A model generated the notes under the pieces. It had not been told where the DNA came from. It worked only from the letters and a program-made list of their open reading frames with translations, and did not search any database. A DNA stretch of 62,920 nucleotides, the filler included, from Octopus bimaculoides (lineage: Eukaryota), in NCBI RefSeq assembly GCF_001194135.2. It is 4 parts of 3 records of this genome, joined end to end, with 100 filler letters (N's around TTAATTAATTAA, not from the genome) between each part and the next. Parts side by side here need not be neighbours in the genome. Positions count along the whole stretch, not along the records: positions 12,573 to 44,308 come from NC_068998.1; 3 more parts are not named here. One strand, given 5' to 3'. Numbering within the stretch: the stretch's first letter is position 1; each line of letters begins with the position of its first letter. This document shows positions 26,811 through 39,625 of the stretch, in pieces. A program made the position numbers and the translations under genes.

Positions 26811-27493
26811 GTAAAAAATAAACCATAACAAAACATGTGATAATGTTATAAGCTGTTCAATGAATTGAAGAAAAACCATTTCCAAAAATGGTACTTTGTA
26901 TACAAATGCATAATTAACTCAAAGTTAATTTTTTTTTTTTTTTGGTTTCCTTTTCTTGTTTATTTTTTGGTTGCAATACTCGCATTTGTCGCATACATTT
27001 TCAATTAACGTAGGCAATTTAATTAACTTGAAATGAAGACGGAAAAATGAGGTAGGTAGCTCTGTGTCGAAGATTCTCCTCTGAGCTTTAGACTCTGTGT
27101 AATTGAACCTCTGGACTTGTAGCTGAAGTTAAAAAAACATCAAAGTGTAGCTATTACCATTAAAATTAGCAATTAGGGAAAAGTAATTATGATTTTTTGC
27201 TTAAAATACTTTATGGTTGTATGATAAATCTTAAGTATGGAACATTGAAACACCATCTTACACCACTGGGTATTCATATATATGTGTGTGTATGTGCATG
27301 CATGTTTGTGTGTGTGTATGTATGTATATATATATATATATATGTATATGTAATTGTGTATGTATATATGTAATGTATGCATATATGCATGTATGTATAT
27401 ATATATATATGTATGTATATGTACTTGTATGCATATGTATATGTTTATATATATATATATATATATATATAAATATATATATATAATATATCA

Positions 27494-28103
27494 TTGAAAT
27501 TTATAGAAAAACAAAAGACGAAGACAGGTATATGAACAAGCAGATGTATTAGTTTGATGTTCGGGGAAAATAAAAAAGTCTTTTATATTTTGAGCCTACG
27601 CTTTTCAACAGAAAGGAATAAGTGGAAATAAACACAGAGAGAATGGCAAAACACTTGTAGATTTAACAGTTGCCATGCTTGACCATTAAATCTACAATTT
27701 GTTTTTCATTCTATCTCTGTTTTTTCTTATTCCTCTCTGTTGGTTGTGGCACATGAAAAAACATACAAGTGAGGTCGTTGCCAGTGCCACCACACTGGCT
27801 CCTGTGCAGGTGACACGTAAAAAACACCACTTGAGCATGGCCATTGCCAGTACCACCTGACTGGCCTTCGTGCCAGTGGCACGTAACAGCACCCACTACA
27901 GTCTTGGAGTGATTGGCGTTAGGAAGGGCATCCAGCTGTAGAAACTCTGCCAGATCAGATTGGAGCCTGGTGCAGCCATCTGGTTCACCAGTCCTCAGTC
28001 AAACCATTCAACTCATGCTAGTATGGAAAGCGGATGTTAAATGATGATGATGATGTCAAACTAATACACCTGTCTTCATCGTTTGTTTTTCTATAAATTT
28101 CAA
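27494..28103. mobile_element. Decayed fold-back element with hammerhead-like remnant, right arm interrupted by SINE C
   Basis: Terminal IR TTGAAATTTATAGAAAAACAAA / TTTGTTTTTCTATAAATTTCAA; inner IR TTGTAGATTTAA (27655-27666) / TTAAATCTACAA (27686-27697); the intervening arm sequences align. Confidence 0.7.
27743..28054 (+). mobile_element. SINE family C
   Basis: Ends GGAAAGCGGATGTTAAATGATGATGATG; inverted match to 24052-24388. Confidence 0.8.
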
Positions 28104-28394
28104 CTAGATATTATACACTCACATGGTCACACCAGTTTTATCCTGCTTTAACTTCCTACTCTTTGGACTTGCATATCTTTATCTACATGCCAGCACTCCA
28201 TCCAGAGCCACTTGAAACGGTTGTACTGCATTACAACTTGATAATCCTGTTGCTTATTTTGATTTTATTCACATTACTTCGAGCTGTGCTGATAATACCA
28301 AACTGATTTGGTGCTTCAACTCAAGTACTTAATTCAACTGAATCTTAATTATTTCTTATATATATATATGTGTATATATATATGCATATATTTA

Positions 28395-28738
28395 AATGTT
28401 AGTTTGTCGATGAAATTCCTCAGACTTGGTTGTTAATGCTCCCAGTACCCCTACATCTACTAGGATGACAGTACCAACATCCATGCAATCTCATCTTTTA
28501 GCGGCCTGACTTCTCAATCTTTTCCTGTTCTTTATCATCCACTCGTACATCCCCAGGTATGCCAATATCTATGATCTTGGTTTCCTTCATCATTTTATCA
28601 ACTACAGCTATGTCTGCTCTCCAAGTATCAATCACTGAATCACACTGCCTTGTAAAATCCTACTCATTACTCTGAGTGACACCTTCTGGTTTACGTTTGT
28701 ACCATTGCAATGTTCTTTCAAGACCAAACTTCTCACTC
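28395..28738 (-). pseudogene. R4/Dong-type non-LTR retrotransposon, REL endonuclease fragment
   Basis: EKFGLER..QWYKRKPEGV...DF..QCD.VI..WRADIAVVDK..KETKIIDIGIPGDVRVDDKEQEKIEK, then after a frameshift VILVDVGVLGA. Confidence 0.85.
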
Positions 28739-29269
28739 GATTATTATTATTATTATTATCATTATTATACATTCTTTTTATCCACCCTTTCTTTAAGATG
28801 GCAGTGTGTTATATGAAAGAGTTTTAGCTGCTGTTTCTTGCATGTGGAATAGCCACCAGGAGAAAGACTGAGAGTATCAGTTTAGTCTTAGGGGAAAATA
28901 CCCAAGTGGCGAGAAAAAGTAATGAATCATTAATTTTACAGATTCATAGATATATGATTAATATTTAATTAGAGTTTCCATTTGGGTTTTCAAAGACTTT
29001 GTCAACAGGAAGTTTCAAATTTAAAAGTAGGGTAAATTTTGCCAGTAGTTTGTGGGGGAGGAATCACCAGCCCTGGTATAGAAGCATTCTGCTGGTATTA
29101 ATGATGGTTGTAAACTAAACGAAGGAAAGGATACTCCACAGAACTAATAAGAGTTATATTAGATGTGAAATAGCTGAGTGCATAGAGTATAAGACTACAA
29201 AATAATAGGTCTTGATTTCTAATTCTGCTGTTTAATTGGGCAGATCACCCGAAACCAAATCATCTTGGT

Positions 29270-30075
29270 CTTTTTGAATTGGGAAGTCTCGCAGGATTTT
29301 GCAAGAATTAGATTCAGTCAATCCCTGTAGTTTGTGGTCACGCTATGTTGTACCTCTTTCTAACTTTCACTTTTGACACAGTTTCCAATACAGGTTTTTT
29401 GCCACCTCATCATGTTTCCACAACTTATATTGGTTCTGTGCAGGTACAGGACATTCATTTAGAATATGGGTTATAATTTCATCAAGTCCATTACAATGGA
29501 GACTCTTGCTCATTTCTGAGACCCTCCAGTTTGTGGTCTAAGCTTGGTCTTGTGCTGCAAGTATAGAGCTTTCAGTCACCTTCAGAGCTCTTTTCTTTAA
29601 CCAGTCCACTTACATTCTCCAGCAGCTTCAATTGTAGCTACATGGAATTTATTGTGTAGTTCCTTGTCAAGTAGTGCTTCTTCTTGTCCTTCTTGTACTT
29701 CTTATTTTGTTCCTTTCTTTTTCCATGCTTTCAATATGCCCTCTTCTCTAACTGTCACTATCAAGGTCTCTTCACTTTGGGTTAGATATCTCAGCAAGTT
29801 CCCATGTTCCACATGCAAGCAGTCTTCCCCTCACATCAGTTTCCTCCCTCCAATTGCTCTCTTCATGTATCAATGAAAAGCTCCATGCGCAGTTAGAAAC
29901 TTTTTCATCTCCTTGTCCAACTCCTTTAACTCATCCCCTGTTCACTTCAGAATTCCAGCTCCATACCGAACCACCGCAACCGTGCATGGGTTTATTGCTG
30001 AAATTATGTTTCCGACATTCAACTTTGAACCCCAACTCTTTCAAAATCATCACAGATACTCTTTCTTTACCTTTT
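29270..30075 (-). pseudogene. R4/Dong-type non-LTR retrotransposon, post-RT region + CCHC knuckle + linker
   Basis: SKLNVGNIISAIN...VVRYGAGILK*TGDELKELDK, ILAAQDQA, EIITHILNECP..AQNQY..KHDEVA, YWKLC, SNSCKILRDFPIQKD; multiple stops and frameshifts. Confidence 0.85.
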
Positions 30076-32159
30076 CTTTTACATCATCATGTTTAATTCC
30101 ATCTGCCTGTTCCCAGGTATTTATATCCAGATTCAGGTTCTCTTGCCTTCACCATTTCACCACTTGGCATACATACACTTTTTGTTCCAACAAACGTTTC
30201 TCAGTAGCAGCAGCAGTAGCAGCAGCAGTAGCAGCAGCAGCAGCAGTAGTAATGTTACATCACTGAAGACTAGGATTTTTTTCCTATTTTATTCATTCCC
30301 TCATTTATGCCACATTTTAAGCCGTAACATTTTTTAAGGTGTCCTTTAACTGTTGTTAACTGCATTAATCATATCAATCTCAAAGAACCTGTTGAGGTCC
30401 ATAAACATAATCCTTTCCTCATGACTTAAAAAAGAAAAACGAAAATTATTTCCGTTTTGTACAGTAAAAGTAAATGATATTTTTAGATGAAAGAATGTGA
30501 AGAAAACATTGCAAGCGAGAAGTGACAACCACTTCAGAAAATAGAAAAAGAGAATGAAAAGGAATGGATTTTTTTTTTAGCTTCTATAAATATACTGTCT
30601 TTAGTCCATGAAATATATAACAATGACCACTATCAGTTGTTTTGAGAAATCTTTAGAATTGCACACTTCACTGAATTTTTGAAATATTGGAAATATTAGT
30701 CATGGTTTTCTCATTTCTGAATATTTTGAATGTTCATTGAGTTGTTTGCTGTAAGGTTGCTGTCATTGTAACCATGGTTACAGAGACTGTTATGATTATT
30801 TTGATTAGCTGTGTTATGTGAGTGGAGATGTTACTTCACTGTGACCACTACCATATAATGGCTATTATGATTAGCTGTGCTACGTGAGTAGAGGTGCAAC
30901 AACCATGTAAATGTCTCTGAAATCACCCTACTGTCTAGAAAAGAGACTGACACATGGACTGATAGAGTCCTGGATACACTATCCCTGAAATCAAGTTGGA
31001 ATAGTCATAGCTGGAAAGCTGAAGATCACAAGTGTGCTTAACCAGTGCTAACCTGGATTAAACAACAAACACAAAGACATATTTGGGGATGCGAGTGATG
31101 CTGGATGCATCGTATGCAGGAAAAAAAGGCAAAACATAAATGGAATGGTCACAGGTGGAAAACCTTTGATCATAGAAGTGCTTCTTGAAAACTTCTCTTA
31201 AGCTCAATGACAACAACATAGATGGCTTTTCTGATATAATTAGAAGCAAAATCTAGCATCTTATCCATGGGGAAATTTAATTCACTTCTGTTAAATGCCA
31301 TGGAAACAAACTATATTGATTTTTTCAGATTTGTAAAAAGATTAACTTTGTTTGTTAGCCACAAATGCAGCTTATCTATCTAATAATTTGTTGTTTCTCT
31401 CATTATAACTGCCAGTACATCCTTATTTATTCTCTCTCTCTCTCTCTTTCTCTCCCTCTGTATGTATGAGAGAGAGAGAGAGAGATAGTAAGCATACATT
31501 ACTTATAAACACCCATACAAAACCTGACACATAACATGTGATGAGCTGAGGAATTAAAGGGACACCATTGTTCTTATACATAGACATACATACACACACA
31601 CATGCATGCTCATTAGTGACAGCAAATAGAACAAAGAATGCTCAATACCTGAGGTAGAGTGTATATTTCATTAGATTAGCTGAAATCAGATTGCACCCAT
31701 ACCACAGGTTTCACAAGCCACACAATGAATGGTTTTATTATTCAGGACACAAACTAATAATTAAGACAATTCAAGGGCTACCTTTCAATTAATTTAGCTT
31801 TACCTGTTTGTTTGTTTTTCCTGTTGTAAGTCAGCTTGACCCTGCCCCATTTATGAATGCTGTAACCATGTTAACAGACCAGTAACATCTCAACAATATA
31901 TGGTGTGTATTACCCCATCTAGTACTGTCTTCTTTTAATCAAAGTTTACATGCTCAATAATCTAGACAAATATTGTAGCTTGTGAAATGCGAGGTATAGG
32001 TGAACTTTGATTCTAGATATTTAATAATACATGTGTGTATGCGTTTATACACTCACACACAGAAAAGCCATTTCTATTCATTTTTACAAATACATTTATA
32101 TATATATGTATATACACACATATACGTATATACATGTCTATGTGTGAGTGTAAACATAC

Positions 32160-32195
<36 letters not shown>

Positions 32196-32411
32196 ATGAC
32201 AAATAAGAAAATGGAGAGGATATAAAGTCAACAGACATCAGCCAGTAAACATTTAATTATGTCTATTTATTCAAATGTATTGGATGAATACATACACATG
32301 TATGAGTGCTACAGATTAGCAAGTGGAAAAAGCTGGTAACTGCATAAATATGGGTGTGAATACATATAAGTATATAGAAACAAATGAGCAACTGAGAAAT
32401 GAGCAAGAGTA

Positions 32412-32525
32412 TAAATGGGTGTGCAAGTACTTGTTCTTCACGGCCGTTTCTGTTAAGAGGCAACAAAATTTTGTTGCCTCTTGGCAGAAACAGCTGTAAG
32501 AAACTAATACCTGCACACCCATTTA
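32412..32525. mobile_element. 114-bp imperfect fold-back with hammerhead 3'-half motif on both arms
   Basis: Perfect 28-bp central palindrome AAGAGGCAACAAAATTTTGTTGCCTCTT. The arms extend to TAAATGGGTGTGCA / TGCACACCCATTTA. GAAAC-AGCT-GTA (+) and GAAAC-GGCC-GTG (-). Confidence 0.7.
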
Positions 32526-33709
32526 GAGGTGACCTGTGTGCAAGAAGTAAGATCATGTCAAAACCTGACTGAAACTCTTCACAGGTAAAGAACACCTGTA
32601 CAAGTTCTTCTGCATAGGAAACGATGCTGGGCTAGTTTTAATTAATATTCTGCTGGTTGAAAATTGGATAAATAAATAATTGAGATATCTTGATTATGTA
32701 ACGTGATAATTAAGCTTAAACTAGTTGTTAGCAAAGCAAGAATGTCTGTTATCTCTGGATATGCCCTATGGTTGTGCTTAAATAGATAAGAAAAAGAGCT
32801 GCTTTCATGAAGTTCTCTTGCATACAACCTTGCAAACACAGATGAAGAGAAAATTCATTGTCCTGTTTGGTGACATCAGCAAACATACTGGGTAGCACTG
32901 TGACAGCTACCCTTGAGTAATTATTGTTACAGATAAGGTTCCAGTAATGAGGATGGATCAAGTCTTCTGGAGTTCTGGATTTAAATGAACTAGCGATTTA
33001 GAACTCAATTTTCAGGAAACCAATTAACCAATTGATCCCATTTCAAGGAGACAAAAAGCATGAAAGTCAGAATGCACTACCCCATCATAGATTACTGAAT
33101 AGTGTCTTCAGAATAAGAGTTAGATGGACTGAGAGACAAAAGACATGGGAGATGCAATAAATGGTGGTATACTCTGTTAGAGAGGACTCATCAAACTCAT
33201 GGAAGCATTGAAAAACAGACATAAAAATGTTGGTGATGATGATGATATTGGTGTTGATGATAATGATATCAATTATAAGCTTATATACACATACATACAT
33301 GCATGTATATATCCATATACATACAAATGAATATTATTAGACACATACATACAAATGAATACATTAGACATATACATACATCTATGTGCTTTGTTTTTGC
33401 ATTTGTGTTTTTGAGTGTGTATATATGTATTTGTATATACACACACTTATATATGTGCATATATGTACACTTTGTTTACTTTTAAATGAGCCATGCAGAA
33501 TTGTTATCAGTGTAAACCATTCTCTACATATCACTCCTAGGGAGAAGATAATCTGGTTAGAATTGAAGAATTTCAATTTGATTATCTCAATAACTGCTTA
33601 ATTGGAAGCGACAATTGAATTTAGTTGAGGTGAATATTTACATGTCTACCAGTTTACTGCACACTTACACAACACACACAGAAAAATGCACTGGGAGTTT
33701 GCAGGTTAT

Positions 33710-33824
33710 GCATATATATATATATATGCGTGTGTGTGTGTGTGTGTGTGTATATGCATATGTATATATATGTATATATGCATATGTATATATATGTATA
33801 TATATGCATATGTATATATATGCA

Positions 33825-33855
<31 letters not shown>

Positions 33856-34135
33856 GCATATGTATATATATGCATATGTATATATATATGCATATGTATA
33901 TATATATGCATATGTATATATATGTGTATATATATATGCATATGTATATATATATGTATATATATGAATATATATATGCATAGGTGTATATATATATGTA
34001 TATATATGAATATATATATGCATAGGTGTATATATATATGTATATATATATGTATATATATGAATATATATATGCATAAATATGTATGTGTATGCACATA
34101 TATATGTACATGCATGTATGTGTAGATATATGCAA
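33710..34135. repeat. TATGCA/TATA-based minisatellite
   Basis: Repeated ATATGCATATGTATAT(AT)n units. Confidence 0.95.
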
Positions 34136-34346
34136 ATATCTACATATGCATACACACACACACAGTTATTATAGATACAGTCAGACACAAACTTATTCAT
34201 ACCTCTGATATTTGTAATATATATAATTTCTTTAAAATGTGCATGTATGAGACATGGTTGTATGAGAGTAGCTTTGATTTATAGTAATACCATTGTATAC
34301 ACATAAATGTAAATGTCTGTGTGCGTTTATAAATTTTGTTTGCACA

Positions 34347-34400
<54 letters not shown>

Positions 34401-35126
34401 GGTGGAGCCCCAGCGTGGCCACAGCTTGTGAGCTGAAACTAGATAAAATAAAAATATATATATATATATATACCTACATACATACACACACACACTCATG
34501 TAATGATGAATATTATACCTTATACATACATGCATACACGCGCACATATATATGCATGCATGCACATACACATATGCATGTGCTGTAGCTTGTGCCATAA
34601 CATACTGTTTATTTTGGTGTTTGCTACTAATGATTTCATTTACCCTAAGTGTAAAGATGGTAATTCAACTTGGCAGTATTTTGCTGTAGCAGTATTTGAA
34701 CTCGATATTGCGCGCTCATTTGAAATTTACATATTTTTTATTTATCCAATGATCCTGTATGTGACAGACATATAGACATACATGGTCACTTTGTTTACAA
34801 CAAGTGGTCTGTGTTAAGGGAGAAGTAGCTAGATACGTTGGGACGAAGATCTAAGACTACTGTACAACATCAGCGACAGGTCAAATACATGATCTTTTGT
34901 TTCCTCCTCTCTTCGATTTTTGACCATTCTTCAGATACACTGGACCTAATCAGCCATTACTATACCCAACACGTCAATACAGATTTTCCGAAAAAAAAAA
35001 AACATCGTATAGGAAGCTCAGAGTTACCTCCCTTGCACTTCTTTTTTCTCCCTCCCTTTTTTTTTCACTTTCTCTTTCTCTTACTCTCTCACTCTCTCTA
35101 TATCTCTATCTCTTTCTCTCTCTCAG

Positions 35127-35186
35127 CCATTCCAGAGAAGGTGTTGTCTGTGTGTCTGTGTGTGGAAGTGGACATTGTCGTTTTAG
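35127..35186 (+). CDS. Candidate 60-nt exon (IPEKVLSVCLCVEVDIVVL, or alternative frame), unknown product
   Basis: Long CT-rich tract + CAG acceptor and a strong AG|GTAAGA donor. Confidence 0.25.
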   Translation, partial: PFQRRCCLCVCVWKWTLSF

Positions 35187-35609
35187 GTAAGACGTGATCA
35201 CTTTGGAACAGGATCACCTTCAGACGACCTTGCCACCGGCTAGAGACACATTCACAATTACTTGCTATTAGAAGTAAAATAGCCATTTTCACCTGATGTG
35301 TTTAGTTTTCATTTAATATTTATTTGAAGCTTAGAGGGGTGGGGTCTTTAGGTTTTATTCTTGTTTTGTTATCTCATTCACTTATAAATATCAAAATTCG
35401 CTAAAGAAAAATAAAACAGAAATTTAATTAATTAATTAATAAACAAAACCTGATATGTGTCTTTAATGAAAAATATCTCAGAGAAAAATATTTCACATAA
35501 ATAAAAATAATAATAACATATGTAAATCTGAGACTAAAATTCAGGCAAACTTATTTAAGGCAAATTATTTATTATAAAATGATCGAATATTATATTCTTT
35601 TATTCTGTT

Positions 35610-36003
35610 ATTCTTGTACTTGCTTCAGTTGTTAGACTGTGGTCATGCTGGAGTACTTCCTTGAAGAATTTTAGTCAAACAAATTGACCTCAGTTTTGAT
35701 TTTTTTTTTTTTTAAAGCATGGTACTTATTTTGTCTATCACCTTTGCTGAACTGCTAAGTTACACCAATGCTGGTTGTCAAGCAGTGATGGGGACAAACA
35801 CAGGCACAAACACACACAGCACTCACACACACACACACGCACATAAGGGCAGGCTTCTTTCAGTTTCCGTCTACCAAATACATGCACAAGGTTTTGATCG
35901 GCCCAAGGCTATAGTAGAAGGAACTTGCCCAAGGTTCCACACAGTGGGACTGAATCCAGAACCATGTGGTTGGGAAGCAAACTTCTTACCACACAGCTAT
36001 GTT
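35610..36003 (-). mobile_element. SINE family B, long form
   Basis: Similarity to other copies. Confidence 0.8.
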
Positions 36004-36494
36004 TGCACCCACATATATTACTTAATCTTATTTTCTTTCATTTTTTTTTCATTTTTTTTTTTTAATATCATTTAATTCTTTCACTAGCAGTCTTCTGGTT
36101 ATTTAACCCTTGGTCACCCCTAATCAAAAACAAAAAAATTATGATCAAAAGGCATTCCAACCATGACCATCTCACCTGTCAGAGAATATATGTAGGACTA
36201 CTTATCTAATGAGTCCTTTCTGTTCTCAAGATGGTGAATTATGATTTAACGAACATTTGGGCGCTAATTTTAGGTTGAACAATCACATAGAGATTTCTTC
36301 CTCATGAAGACCTTATGCAGTGCTTAACAGTGTGTTGTTTAGTCCCTGGTCAGGTTTGTTCCATGAGACCAGGAATACATTCTCTGACCATCCCATCTTT
36401 TTTTTTCCTTCTGTTGTTATTTTTCAGGCATAGTCTATTTCGGACTATGTTATTTAATGTGTCCTCCTTTTTCTTAAAACATTAGGGTGGCTAT

Positions 36495-36735
36495 GCTGTG
36501 TGCAAGGGAGAAGACTGTGCTGGTTTTGTCATGTGATGCATATGGATGAGGAGAGCTTGTGTGAAGAAGTGCCAAACTCCAATTGTGGAAGGTACTTGTG
36601 GAAGGGATAGACCCAGGAAGGCATGTGACAAAGTGATGAAAAAGGATCTTTGGACACTGGGATTCACAGAGGAAATGTCAAGAAACCAGGAGATATAGTG
36701 ATTTGCTGTACTTGATAAGACACATCAAGCTAAGA
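36495..36735 (+). pseudogene. RTE-clade LINE 3' fragment
   Basis: Decayed CVQ.RRLCWF.HVM.MDE, GTCGR.RPRKA, and a DL..LG.TEEM motif; matches 56640-57010. Confidence 0.75.
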
Positions 36736-37374
36736 AAAATCTCTGTCTTCCACATATACAGACTTGACCTTTCAGGTGCCAGCACCACTTAAAAAGTACC
36801 TGTCCTGGTGCTGCATTAACCCTTTTAAAATGTACATACTTTAAATTGCTCACCGTAATTATATGCCACCTGACTTAGAACCTGCCATCTGAGTTAGTAC
36901 CGATCCACTTGCCAACTGATAGGCTGATTAGATGTTTCATGTAAATACTTACAAACCAATAGGCTGGTCCTGCCACTCTGGCTCTGTGTCAACTTCGTTG
37001 TCGTTTCCTGTTTCATTGAATTTATGGTTGTCACGCTCTACCACTCCAGTTCTGTCAACTTCATCGTCACATCCTGTTTTGTCAAATTTACATTTGTCGT
37101 GCCATGCCCTGTGATCTAGTTTTGGCTGTAGAAACCATGCCACAACAGACAGTTGGAGTCTGGACAGCTCCCTGTAAGCCAGCTCCATGTCAAACCGTTC
37201 AACCCAGGCCAGCGTGGAGACCAGACTTTAAATGAGGATGATGATGATGATGATGATGACAATGATTAGGGCAGTGGTTCTCAAATATTTTTTTTATTTA
37301 TGGACACCTTTGAATACTATTTTACTCTGATAGACCCTTCCTTCCATAACCCTTCCAGAAATTTTTATGGGTAG

Positions 37375-37550
37375 GAGATAGTCAACTAGATCAATCCCAG
37401 TATTCAAATGGTACTTATTTATTCTCCCAAAAGGATTAAGGGTAAAGTCAACCCTGGCAGAATTTGAACTCAGAAAGGAGAGAAACAGAAGAGATATTGC
37501 TAAGCATTTTATCCAGCACACTAATGATTCTACCAGCTCACCACCTTTTA
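37375..37550 (-). mobile_element. SINE family A
   Basis: Reverse-complement similarity to other copies. Confidence 0.75.
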
Positions 37551-37639
37551 ATTATTACACTGTGTAACATGATTTTTGTCCTGTTATTTCTTATTTGCTT
37601 AACCCTAGAAAGTATGAAAAATGGCTAATATTTCCTTCA

Positions 37640-37830
37640 AGTTTTGCTTTTGCTATGTTTATTCAAAGAATCCCTCTCAACACATGACTATGATGCTCCC
37701 CTACTATTCCTGCTCATGATCAATGATGCACATATTGTCAGCCTCTAAGGGACATGCTTAAGCGGTTAAGGTCAAGCAACTGACAAGCAAATCTGTGCTA
37801 TTGAACAGACTATTTTCTATAATGGTATTT
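37640..37830 (-). mobile_element. SINE family D fragment
   Basis: Shares CTAAGGGACATGCT...GGTTAAGGTCAA with 45110-45570 and 58375-58890. Confidence 0.7.
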
Positions 37831-38102
37831 CTTCTTCAGCAGCTCTGCGCTGAAATCTATTTGAAATGTAATAGAAAATAGGTCAGTAGCAAAACATTGA
37901 TGTCCAGATCACAAAACCAAAGTTTGAGGGGGAATTCTAAACATTTCCTTTGATTTCTGGATAGAAGCAAATAGGAGACGACACTTACTGACCAAAGACA
38001 GAAAAAAAAAAAAAAATTAAATCTTGTTACACAGTGTTATTGGTAGGCAATAATGACTTCTGATGTAAACAGTAAAATTTAAGTCGATTCTAGCTAATGT
38101 AT

Positions 38103-38145
<43 letters not shown>

Positions 38146-38334
38146 TTTTTAGCTTTATCATAGGAGGAAAGAGTCACCTATAGCTCTTTGCAAGATCCCT
38201 CCAGTACTATTATATGAGAGTCAAGAGTCTCAGAGAGTCGCAGGGTGTTTAAGTATTCAGAGGACCTGAAATAAAATTGTTGAACAGGGTTGTAGATGCA
38301 TACTTATATGACATACCAAGTATTTACATCCAAC

Positions 38335-38645
38335 TTGGCATGGCTCAGTGGTTAGAGTGTTGGCCCTGCAATCACAAGGTTGTGAGTTCAATTCCCTGAC
38401 CAGGCCATGTGTTATATTTTGGAGCAAGACACATTATTTCATTTTGCTTTAATTCACTCAGTTGTAGGAATGGGTTGCAGCATTACTGGTGATGAGCTGT
38501 ATTGATCTTTGGCATCTCAATGGACAACATGAGTGGCATGGAGAGGGGAGGTTGGTATGCATGGGTGATTATTAGTCTTCCATTAACAACCTCACCCAGG
38601 AGCTTTCTAGGTGCGATCAATCCCATGGTCATTCATGACCAAAGT
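38335..38645 (+). mobile_element. tRNA-derived SINE
   Basis: A-box TGGCTCAGTGG and B-box GAGTTCAATTCC, followed by a non-tRNA body. Confidence 0.65.
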
Positions 38646-39067
38646 GTGTGGGTTTTTTTTACTCTTTGATTCACTTCTATGCAAATACATGTATATTAAT
38701 AATAAATACCTAAGATATACATCCACATCCACACACATACACTCACACATACAGACCTACATACATATATGCATATTTGTACACATACACGTGCGCAGAC
38801 AAATGTACATGTGTGCACACACACACACACACATGTACACATATACACACACACATATGCTTTGTTGTTTCCCCAGTGTCAAGATTTCTTCTTCAATATT
38901 ATTGATGCTTTCATTGTTATAACAGTGTCTTCTGATGTCATTGATCACAAAATCATCCCTAAAGCTATGAAGATGGTCCTTGTTGCATACTTTTTTTTTC
39001 TGGTTCATTTTCATTCAGTGTGTTGACATTAGGTGTTATCTGCAGCAACATTCATCTCTCTCTCTCT

Positions 39068-39115
<48 letters not shown>

Positions 39116-39182
39116 NNNNNNNNNNNNNNNNNNNNNNNNNNNNNNNNNNNNNNNNNNNNNNNNNNNNNNNNNNNNNNNNNNN

Positions 39183-39228
<46 letters not shown>

Positions 39229-39244
39229 TATCTTCAATACTTCT

Positions 39245-39625
39245 TTCTGTCATTGGACGGCAGCCATGCTGGGCCACCACCCCTAAGGGACTTTCAAACA
39301 AATTGACCCTGGTACTTATTTTTTAAAAGCTTGGCACTTATTCTATCGACCTCTTTAGTGAAACTGTTAAGTTACAAGGGTGTAAATACATGAACATCTT
39401 TTGTGAGATGGTGTGGCTGACCAACACACACACACACACACACACATACACACATATCAATACATACATACAACAAGCTTCTTTCACTTTTCATCTACCA
39501 AATACACTCACCAGGCTTTGGTTAGCCCACGGCTATAGTAGAAGACATTTGCCCTTGGTGCCACATTGTGGGACTGAACCCAGAACCATGTGATTGGGAA
39601 ACAAACTTCTTACCACACAGCCTAC
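39245..39625 (-). mobile_element. SINE family B, long form
   Basis: Similarity to other copies. Confidence 0.8.

Noticed and set aside
38335-38410. tRNA gene
   Set aside because: A and B boxes are present but the acceptor stem does not close, and it continues into a SINE body; treated as a SINE head.
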